Shown here in pieces: positions 7,563 through 14,650 of a stretch of DNA of 19,279 nucleotides; position 1 is the first letter of the stretch, and each line of letters opens with the position of its first letter. Below the pieces are notes generated by a model. The model made no database searches. It was not told the origin of the DNA and saw only the letters and a list, made by a program, of their open reading frames with translations. The translations under genes were made by a program, and so were the position numbers. The stretch comes from a bacterium (GTDB taxonomy: Bacteria; Acidobacteriota; Blastocatellia; HR10), in contig JBEPZV010000040.1 of NCBI GenBank assembly GCA_041640655.1, positions 1 through 19,279 on the forward strand, read 5' to 3'.

Positions 7563-8987
7563 TCAGAGGCCGTACTGTTTCTTCTTCTTCTGGATGTGCA
7601 CCCGCGTGGTGCCGAGCAGCTCTCCGGCCCGGGTCAGGTTATTCCCGGTCTGTTCGAGCGCCTTTCGGATGAGGAAGATCTCCAGCGCCTCCTTGGCCTC
7701 ATACCACTTGGGCAGGCGCGTCCCATCCACGATGAACTGTTCTCCTTCGATGCGAATCCGGCCGGCCTCCAGTTTCTGCCGGATGCGCTCGAACTCGGCG
7801 CGAAACCATGCGTGCGGATATTCGGTCAGAAGCCGCTCCGCCCGCGCGAGCCACTCGCGCGCCTTCATGGGTTGAACTGAGAGCATCAGTTCGGCGAGAT
7901 AGAGACAGGCTGGCACCTCAACCTCTCGGCTCTGCAATCGTTCACCGATCTCCAACGCCTGTCGCAGTGCCTTCTCACTCTCATAGTATCGGCCCTTCAA
8001 AAGAGCGACGCGCCCGAGCTGCACCAGGGCACATCCCTTTTCGAATTCGCCTCCAGCCAGTTCCGCATATTCCAGCGCTTGCCGACCATACACATATGCC
8101 TTTTCTAGTGCTCCTTGGCCAATGTACAGCTCAGCAAAAGAGGAAAAAATCCTACTGGCAGTGCCAATATCTCCAATCCTGTGAGCCAATTCGGAACTCT
8201 CTCGCAAAAGTAACTCGGCTTCCTCATGTTGTCCAAGCCAAATCAAGGCTACAGCCATATCGTTACTTGCATGCTCAAGATCGTGAAAACTACCAAGCCC
8301 TTCAAAGATACTTCTCGCTTCCCGGAATGTTCTTACTGCCTTCGAATACCGCCCCAGATATAAGTGAAGACAACCTAGGCTATTTAAAGCCAAACCGTAA
8401 TAGCGCTTTTCCTCACAAGCATTCAAGGTCTCTACAGCTCTTTCAAACAAGGCCTCAGCTTCCCCTAAATGTCCCTGCTCGAAGCGACACACCCCGAGAT
8501 TGAACCACACGAGCCCGCGAAGGAACCCAGCACGATGGGCGTCATCGTTTTTGATTTGCTCAAGGGTACAATTGAGCAGCTTCTCGGCCTCTTGGAAATT
8601 CGCGCGTCGGCGTTCCAGGCGGCCGAGGTTATAGAGGGCGACGGCCTGTCGGAAGGTGTTACCGAGGAACTTGTAGAAGTGGAGGGCGATCTGAAAATGC
8701 TCCTCGGCCTCTTCGTAGCGATAGAGCCAATAACTCAACTCCCCGCGAGCCATCGCATATCGGGCAGCTACCTCCACGTCCTTCGCCTCGGCGGCGACCT
8801 CATCGAGCACGCGCTCGGCCTCGCGGAGGCGCGAGAAGTAGATCTCGATTTCCGCCTGGAGCACCTGGGCGAGCGGCGTCTTCTCGCGGATGTCCCTCAG
8901 AGCCTTTTCGGCCGTCACGAACTGGCCGGCGTCAATGAGATCGGCGATAGTGGATGCCGTGACCTGAAGCTCGCGGACTCGAGGCAT
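7563..8987 (-). CDS. TPR-repeat protein with C-terminal Fis-type helix-turn-helix; putative ligand-sensing transcription regulator (paralog 1)
   Basis: ATG 8987 with GAGGAGG RBS; 474 aa. Multiple TPR-like repeats (ALYNLG...FQEAEKLL, FNLGVC.FEQG.LGEAEALFERA, LNSLG.LHLYLGRYSKA). C-terminus LIRKALEQTGNNLTRAGELLGTTR matches the Fis/NtrC HTH pattern (AL..tgGN.t.AA.lLGisR). No Walker A or GAFTGA motif, so no AAA+ domain. Confidence 0.88.
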   Translation of the reverse strand: MPRVRELQVTASTIADLIDAGQFVTAEKALRDIREKTPLAQVLQAEIEIYFSRLREAERVLDEVAAEAKDVEVAARYAMARGELSYWLYRYEEAEEHFQIALHFYKFLGNTFRQAVALYNLGRLERRRANFQEAEKLLNCTLEQIKNDDAHRAGFLRGLVWFNLGVCRFEQGHLGEAEALFERAVETLNACEEKRYYGLALNSLGCLHLYLGRYSKAVRTFREARSIFEGLGSFHDLEHASNDMAVALIWLGQHEEAELLLRESSELAHRIGDIGTASRIFSSFAELYIGQGALEKAYVYGRQALEYAELAGGEFEKGCALVQLGRVALLKGRYYESEKALRQALEIGERLQSREVEVPACLYLAELMLSVQPMKAREWLARAERLLTEYPHAWFRAEFERIRQKLEAGRIRIEGEQFIVDGTRLPKWYEAKEALEIFLIRKALEQTGNNLTRAGELLGTTRVHIQKKKKQYGL

Positions 8988-9045
8988 GGCTTCGGCTCCT
9001 CCTCTGCCACAGAGTAATCCACTCAAACATCACACTGCGCCGCTA

Positions 9046-9074
9046 TATGTAGGCGATCGGGCGCAGCGCGTCAA
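9046..9074 (-). promoter_or_regulatory. Possible promoter for TPR regulator 1
   Basis: Minus strand TTGACG-N17-TACATA: good -35, weak -10. Confidence 0.4.
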
Positions 9075-9085
9075 GGGGGGAGGCG

Positions 9086-9129
9086 GAAAATACGGCGTTT
9101 GCCGGAGGAAAATCCGGCGATCGCCGGAG
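9086..9129. repeat. Tandem 22-bp imperfect direct repeat with palindromic cores (operator pair or tandem thyX terminators)
   Basis: GAAAATACGGCGTTTGCCGGAG (9086-9107) and GAAAATCCGGCGATCGCCGGAG (9108-9129), 19/22 identical. The second unit contains the perfect palindrome TCCGGCGATCGCCGGA. On the minus strand each hairpin is followed by TTTT. Confidence 0.7.
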
Positions 9130-9209
9130 GCGCCGAGGGCGCACAGGCGAAGGAGCAGTCGAGCCGACTTCGGATCAGGGGGCTACCGGAGAGGCCTCGG
9201 GCGCCGAGA

Positions 9210-10760
9210 TCAGATCAATCGCCGATACTCGCTCAGGTCGAGCCGCCAGACCGGGACGCCGCAGAAGCGTTCGCCCTCCGGGCAGGTCGGGCGAGTATTG
9301 GCCAGCTTTCGGAGCGCGCAGGGTGGAAGTAAGTACCTCCCGATTGTCGGGTTCACCTCGCGGATTTGCCGCGCTTCATCCACGGAAGCTCGCCAGATCT
9401 CTTCCTGCGCGAGATAACAGAGCCGCATGGCATGCTTGTGTCGGAGATTGAGCAGATCGGCCGATTCCGTATAGCGAATGGCGACGGCGTTCGGCAGCAG
9501 GTACATCGCATACTCATCGCGAACGCCGCGCGCTCTCAATCGGGTGATGGCCGACCAGATGCGCTCCATGGTTTCGACGTAGAAGCGCTCGACCTCCGCC
9601 TCACATCGGATCAGCTCGGGGATGATGAAATCCGGCTCCACGCTGAACTGGGTCGTCAGGCAGGGGCGCGAGGCAGGCGTCAGGCGATGCCGCTGATCCT
9701 GGGAATCGGCCGCGTGGCTGAGCTTCTTGCGGAATGTGTAGCTCGGATGATGGAGTGCGCGGGAGAGTTTGGAGAGCGTCGTCAGGTTCAACGACTCGCC
9801 AAGCAACCGATTCCGCGCCGGATTCAGGACCAACTCGATGGCCGCCCGGTCATCGAGCGCTGCCCGCGGGACTCCGAGGACTTGCCGCACGGCATCGGCC
9901 AGGGTCGCCTCATTGTGGAGCTTGTAATCCACGAGCTTGGAGACATGCCCGTCGAGGCTGCGATCGAACTCCTCGCGGAACGTGTGCCTCGCCTCCCATC
10001 CCAGCGTCTCGAAATGCGCGGTGAAGAAGGCGAATTCGGGCGTCTCCTCAAGCGGGATCGGCTCCTCGAGGATGCGCGCATAGAGCGGATCCCAGCGCAA
10101 CACTTCCTGGACCATCTTCTCGACGACGAGGCGCTGCTCATGCGGGGCGTCCCACTGCTGACAGAGCCGGTAGTAGCGGAGCAGGGTGATCGCGCTGATC
10201 GTGTGGTAGAGATAGGCGAACGTCGCCACGGGCAGCACGTATCGGGCGACCTCCAGGCATCGCTTCTCGATTGCCGCGCGATATTTCTTCTCGGTCGTCC
10301 GACGATGGGGGAAGAGGCGGCGATATTCGCGCTCGACGATGGGGAAGAGCCTCTCGGCCAAACGACGGTACGCCGCCATTTGGAATTCGATGGTCTCCAG
10401 ATAGAGCGTCAGACTCTCTCCGTTGAGTGGCGGGATGACGACGTTCCCTGGCGCGACCTCGACGTAGCGCTGACTCACCTGCTCGGAGTTGTAGAAGGGA
10501 TGCGCGTGCAAGAAGGACCAGATGAATTGCCGGGAGACGTTCGCCAGGGAGAATTGAAAATGCGCGTGCTCGATGGTCGTATGATGCCCGGCGCGGTAAA
10601 GCCTCTCGGCGAGCGCCTCGGCGCCGTCCTTGAGGTCCTCCTCGCGCACGATCCCTCGGCTCGAAGAGCACGTCCGCGCGGCCGTGAGGATCGTCTTGAA
10701 GGGGTTCACGAACGCCTTCTCCAACCTCACGATGGGCTCCGGCGAGAGGAATCGCTCCAT
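9210..10760 (-). CDS. thyX: FAD-dependent thymidylate synthase, long two-domain form
   Basis: Likely start is ATG 10760 (MERFLSPEP..., 516 aa); the track's N-terminal extension overlaps the FecR gene. Domain 1 has GHHTTIEHAHFQF..NVSR, EQVSQRY and ARYVLP. Domain 2 has SQDQRHR, YLLPNA, RLC..AQEEI and CPEG..FCG. Confidence 0.88.
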   Translation of the reverse strand: MERFLSPEPIVRLEKAFVNPFKTILTAARTCSSSRGIVREEDLKDGAEALAERLYRAGHHTTIEHAHFQFSLANVSRQFIWSFLHAHPFYNSEQVSQRYVEVAPGNVVIPPLNGESLTLYLETIEFQMAAYRRLAERLFPIVEREYRRLFPHRRTTEKKYRAAIEKRCLEVARYVLPVATFAYLYHTISAITLLRYYRLCQQWDAPHEQRLVVEKMVQEVLRWDPLYARILEEPIPLEETPEFAFFTAHFETLGWEARHTFREEFDRSLDGHVSKLVDYKLHNEATLADAVRQVLGVPRAALDDRAAIELVLNPARNRLLGESLNLTTLSKLSRALHHPSYTFRKKLSHAADSQDQRHRLTPASRPCLTTQFSVEPDFIIPELIRCEAEVERFYVETMERIWSAITRLRARGVRDEYAMYLLPNAVAIRYTESADLLNLRHKHAMRLCYLAQEEIWRASVDEARQIREVNPTIGRYLLPPCALRKLANTRPTCPEGERFCGVPVWRLDLSEYRRLI

Positions 10761-10806
10761 AGGGTCTTCTGCTCCCGAATCACATAGGCTGCTCACGCGA
10801 GAAGGG

Positions 10807-10835
10807 AGTATACGGCCTCCCCGCTTCAAGGGCAA
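10807..10835 (-). promoter_or_regulatory. Sigma70-type promoter for thyX
   Basis: Minus strand TTGCCC-N17-TATACT, ~46 nt upstream of ATG 10760; supports the shorter start. Confidence 0.65.
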
Positions 10836-10892
10836 GCACGCCCTCTGCCCGAGCCGACCTGATGCGGCCCTCGGGTTTTGTCGCACTCCTCT

Positions 10893-10920
10893 TTGAGCAG
10901 AGGACGACCCGTAGTATACT
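10893..10920 (+). promoter_or_regulatory. Sigma70-type promoter for the FecR-domain gene
   Basis: TTGAGC-N16-TATACT, 77 nt upstream of ATG 10998. Confidence 0.55.
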
Positions 10921-10997
10921 TGTGTCGAAGGTTCGGGGGCGAATTGGCGATTCCGCCCTGATCCTTCAGGAGAGTTTGAGGCGATGGAGGGAGGACG

Positions 10998-12071
10998 ATG
11001 AGGAAAACTGCCGCAATGCGTTCCGCTGTATTCGTCCTCGGCTTGCTCGTAGCTTTCGGCGGATGGGTCAGGGCGAAGGCTCAGTACGTCGTCTCGGCGC
11101 GCGCCGGTTTGGTCAATTACACGCAAGGCGAGGTTTGGGTGCAGACGTCCTCGGACACGCTCGTCCGAAGGCTCGCCCCACATCACCAATTGGACGATGG
11201 AGACGCGGTGCTCACAAAGAGCGGCCGAGCCGAGATCCTCCTGAATCCGGGATCGGTCCTGCGACTCGATCGAAACACGGAGGTTCTCTTCTCTCGAACG
11301 GACCTCCCGCTGGTGGAATTCGGGGTCGCCACGGGCGCGGTGCTCCTTGAAGCGGCGGATTTGAATCGCGAGGTCATCCTTCGGGGGCAAACGCCTCATG
11401 CGAGCTTTCGGATCAAAAAGAGCGGGCTTTATCGAGTAGATGTGCGCACGGACGCGACGCGCTTTCTGGTCCGAAGTGGAGAGCTGGAACTATGGGCTGA
11501 GGGGCGGATTCAGAAGCTGAAGAAGGGTCAACAGGCGACGGTGACTCCTGCTCACGTCGAGGTGGTGAAGCTGCCGAAGCTGGGACCGCTTGATGAGTTC
11601 GAGCTGTGGGCGAAAGACCGCGCGGAGGTTTTGGTCGCGGCGAATCGGTCGTTGACGCGTCGTCGAGGTTTCGGCTATAGCCTCATGGCGAGCCTGTGGG
11701 TGTTTGATCCCCTTCTGGGCGTCTATACCTTTGTGCCGTTCGGATTCGACTTCGCGTCCCCGTGGGGTCGGCGCCTCGTCTATCGGTGCCCGTATCCGAC
11801 CACGTGGTATTGGGGACCATATAGAGGAGGGCCCGATCATGGAGGTTCACCGGGAGCCATACCTTCACCGACGACGCCCTCTGAACGTTCGCGACCGAGC
11901 TTCCGCGTAGGAGACGGCCGCTTGGAACGCGGGGACGTGCTCGCGCCCGGCCCGGCTCTTGGCGGACGAGGCGAAGGGCCAGGCCTGCATCGGATGCCGG
12001 CGCCTTCGGCCCCGGTCGGAGGAGAAGTGCGATCGGCTCCGGGTCCGGTGAAGGCTCCGCACCATCAATAG
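10998..12071 (+). CDS. Exported FecR-domain protein with Pro/Gly-rich C-terminal tail
   Basis: GGAGGGAGG RBS; signal peptide ending AKA. FecR-like beta pattern GLVNYTQGEV...LDDGDAVLTKSGRAEILLNPGSVLRLDRNT...GLYRVDV...VRSGELEL, then DEFELWAKDR, an aromatic-rich segment and a low-complexity tail. Confidence 0.8.
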   Translation: MRKTAAMRSAVFVLGLLVAFGGWVRAKAQYVVSARAGLVNYTQGEVWVQTSSDTLVRRLAPHHQLDDGDAVLTKSGRAEILLNPGSVLRLDRNTEVLFSRTDLPLVEFGVATGAVLLEAADLNREVILRGQTPHASFRIKKSGLYRVDVRTDATRFLVRSGELELWAEGRIQKLKKGQQATVTPAHVEVVKLPKLGPLDEFELWAKDRAEVLVAANRSLTRRRGFGYSLMASLWVFDPLLGVYTFVPFGFDFASPWGRRLVYRCPYPTTWYWGPYRGGPDHGGSPGAIPSPTTPSERSRPSFRVGDGRLERGDVLAPGPALGGRGEGPGLHRMPAPSAPVGGEVRSAPGPVKAPHHQ

Positions 12072-12207
12072 CGCGCGATATTCCTGCACCCGAGCGCGAA
12101 GGAAGGGGGGAACAGGGTCGAGGCCGTCACTTGTTTTGCCTTCTGCGGCTCGCGCGCGCTCGCTCGGGCTCACGCTGCTAAACGGACGTTGAGGTGACCC
12201 GTCCTTC

Positions 12208-12930
12208 TCATTTTCGCGGCGGCTTTGAGGGGCGAATCTCCACGCAGCTCGGGAGGCTCGCCGGATCGTGCTCGAGCAGATGGAGGACGACACGGGCGAC
12301 GTCCGAGGGCTTCAACTTCCATGCGGATTCCGCCGTCGGCTCGCGTCCGCTGAACTCTGTGGCGACACTGCCGGGCATGATGTAACTCACGCGGATGTTA
12401 TCGTAGCGCAGGTCCTGCATGATCGCTTCGCTGAATCCATTCAAACCGAACTTCGAGGCATTGTAGGCGGCGCCCCCGGCGAATGCATTCTTCCCCGCGA
12501 GCGAGCTGATGTTGATGATGTATCCGCCGCCGCGCTGCCGCATGTATCCGATGACCTCGCGGCAGCAATAGAAGACGCCCGTGAGATTGGTCTCGATGAC
12601 CTCGTGCCACTCTTCGGGCGTCAGCTCGTAGATGCTGCGGAAGACGCCCACACCGGCATTATTGACCAAGATGTCCACGCCGCCGAAGGTCCGAACCGCG
12701 TATTGGACCAGCTCGCGCACCTGCGTGAGATCGCGCACATCGCACGGGAGGGCCGCGACGCGCCCCGGCGCCTTCGGCTCCAGTTCAGCGAGTGCATGTC
12801 GCACGGCCTCCGCTCGACGTGAGCAGAAGACCACTGACGCGCCCGCATCGAGCAAAGCCTCGACGATCGCGCGACCGATCCCGCGCGTGCCTCCGGTCAC
12901 GATGGCGATTTTCCCCCCGAGCGTCCCCAT
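12208..12930 (-). CDS. Short-chain dehydrogenase/reductase (SDR) family oxidoreductase
   Basis: TGGTRGIG, DILVNNAG, NISS and catalytic YNASK; GGAGG RBS. Confidence 0.95.
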   Translation of the reverse strand: MGTLGGKIAIVTGGTRGIGRAIVEALLDAGASVVFCSRRAEAVRHALAELEPKAPGRVAALPCDVRDLTQVRELVQYAVRTFGGVDILVNNAGVGVFRSIYELTPEEWHEVIETNLTGVFYCCREVIGYMRQRGGGYIINISSLAGKNAFAGGAAYNASKFGLNGFSEAIMQDLRYDNIRVSYIMPGSVATEFSGREPTAESAWKLKPSDVARVVLHLLEHDPASLPSCVEIRPSKPPRK

Positions 12931-13023
12931 AGGTTCCTCCGAACGAAGATGTCCTCACTTGAGAATCCGCATTGGCGCCCCCGTCGGGAGACGCTTTCGC
13001 GAGCGCGTCGGCTGCCGCCCTAT

Positions 13024-14451
13024 TCAGAGATTAAACTGCCGACGCAAGTTATGGACGTGCACCTTCGTGATCCCCAGCAATTCCCCTGCCTTCGTGAGAT
13101 TCCCCCCCGCTTGCCGGAGCGCGTTCTTCAGCAGAAACCGCTCCAGCGTCTCTCGCGCCACGTACCAATTCGGAAGGAAGTTCCCGTCGAAGATGAGCTT
13201 ATTGTCGGGCGTGAGCCTGATGCGCTCGCTTGTCGCGCGCTGTGAGACGCGCTCGATCTCCCGCTCGATCTGCGGATCGGCCAGCGGACGGAGCAGCTCT
13301 CGCGCGCAGGCGATCAGCTCCTGAGCCTTCATGGGCGAGGTCGCGTAACAGGCTTCGCCGAGATAGAGGCAGGCGAGTCCCTCCAACTTCCGATCGCCGA
13401 GACCTCGGGCGATCTCACGGGCGACCGAAAGTGCCGCCTCCGCCGCCTCGTGATCGCGCCGTCGCGCTGCCGCGCGACCGAGAAGGAGCTGCGCCTCCGC
13501 CCGCAAGCGATCATCCCGAAGGGCCTCCGCATGCTCCAGAGCGAAGCGAGCGGACTGCTCCGCGCGCGAGACGTCATTCCGCTCAAGGTAGACGTCGGCG
13601 AGCGCCTTGAACGTCCGTCCCAATCCGCGTTCATGCCCGAGGTGTTGGAGTACGCCGAGGCTCTCCGAGAGCGCCTGCTCGGCCTCGGCGAATCGCTCCA
13701 GGCGAACGAGCGCCAGAGCGAGCGTGCCGGTGATGTCGGCGAGGTGATCGCCAAGGGCATACCGGGCCAGAATGCGTTGCGCTTCCCGCAACGGCTCGAT
13801 GGCCTCAGCGCACTGTCCGCAGGCTACGAGCACGGCGCCGAGCGCGCCCAGGGCGGAGGCGTAATAGCGGCCATGCTCCTCGTCCAACAGTCTCAACGAG
13901 GACTGGAGCGAGGCCCGAGCCTCCTCGACCCGCCCCGTATGGGCCCGCCATGCGCCCAAGGCGTACTCGATCACACCGCGCATGAAATCGCCCTGCGCTG
14001 TCTCTTCATCGGCCAGGAGCGCCTTCGCCCGCTCCCACAGCGCTTCCGCGTCTTCCCCCCTTCCCTGTTTGAGCTTCGCCTCACCGAGATGATAGAGCCC
14101 GCGCGCCAGATGGCAGCGCGCCTCCAGCAGCTTGCAGATACAACAGGCGCCGTCCAAGACCTCCTCCGCCAAGTCCCACTGCTCCTGTTCCACATACAAC
14201 TGGCCGAGAACGGTGAGATAGCGCGGGAGCGACTGCACATTCAATCTCCAGGGATTGACCTGCGAGAGGCATTCTCGGGCGCGCTCAGGGCGACAGAAGT
14301 AGAGATGCACCTGGGCCTCTAGGATGGCCGCCAGTGGATCTTCATCAGCCGTGAGATTCGGGAGCATCCGTTCGGCCTCCTCGAATCTCCCCGCATCAAT
14401 CGAATCCATGAGCTTCGCGATCCACGCCGATCCCTCTCTGGTCGCCCGCAT
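13024..14451 (-). CDS. TPR-repeat protein with C-terminal Fis-type HTH (paralog 2)
   Basis: 475 aa; GGAGGGAG RBS. Collinear with 7563-8987: IDAGRF vs IDAGQF, GDFMRGVI vs AGFLRGLV, RYY, ACLYLGE vs ACLYLAE, and LPNWYVARETLERFLLKNALRQAGGNLTKAGELLGITKVH vs LPKWYEAKEALEIFLIRKALEQTGNNLTRAGELLGTTRVH. Confidence 0.88.
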   Translation of the reverse strand: MRATREGSAWIAKLMDSIDAGRFEEAERMLPNLTADEDPLAAILEAQVHLYFCRPERARECLSQVNPWRLNVQSLPRYLTVLGQLYVEQEQWDLAEEVLDGACCICKLLEARCHLARGLYHLGEAKLKQGRGEDAEALWERAKALLADEETAQGDFMRGVIEYALGAWRAHTGRVEEARASLQSSLRLLDEEHGRYYASALGALGAVLVACGQCAEAIEPLREAQRILARYALGDHLADITGTLALALVRLERFAEAEQALSESLGVLQHLGHERGLGRTFKALADVYLERNDVSRAEQSARFALEHAEALRDDRLRAEAQLLLGRAAARRRDHEAAEAALSVAREIARGLGDRKLEGLACLYLGEACYATSPMKAQELIACARELLRPLADPQIEREIERVSQRATSERIRLTPDNKLIFDGNFLPNWYVARETLERFLLKNALRQAGGNLTKAGELLGITKVHVHNLRRQFNL

Positions 14452-14560
14452 ATCTCCCTCCCCCGGTGGGAGTCTCCGTGCGCTTCACGCTTGACGCCCT
14501 CCCTGTACGACTTCCTCCAACGACCACGTCCCTTGGCTCGCGGCCTCTTTTCGGGTACCG

Positions 14561-14588
14561 ATTTTATCACGACTTCTTGCAAACTCAA
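14561..14588 (-). promoter_or_regulatory. Sigma70-type promoter for TPR regulator 2
   Basis: Minus strand TTGAGT-N16-TAAAAT with an extended -10 (TGA-TAAAAT). Confidence 0.6.
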
Positions 14589-14650
14589 GCAGATTTTGGC
14601 GCGAGGGGGGTGAGACCAAGGAGCGAGGGGGGACTACATCCGCTCGCAGG

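Noticed and set aside
8090..8470. Low-GC patch as an inserted element, intein or DGR variable repeat
   Set aside because: The protein stays collinear and the same length as paralog 2 (474 vs 475 aa). No terminal repeats, intein motifs, template repeat or reverse transcriptase are in the window.
10761..11399. Track N-terminal extensions of thyX, and likewise of the M28 peptidase (to 16681) and the alpha/beta hydrolase (from 16050)
   Set aside because: They overlap divergent genes and promoters. Internal starts with RBS or promoter support match the family N-termini.
12955..12972. Mini-ORF MRILK* downstream of TPR paralog 2 as a cognate peptide
   Set aside because: Only five codons, with no hydrophobic region and no separate promoter or terminator.
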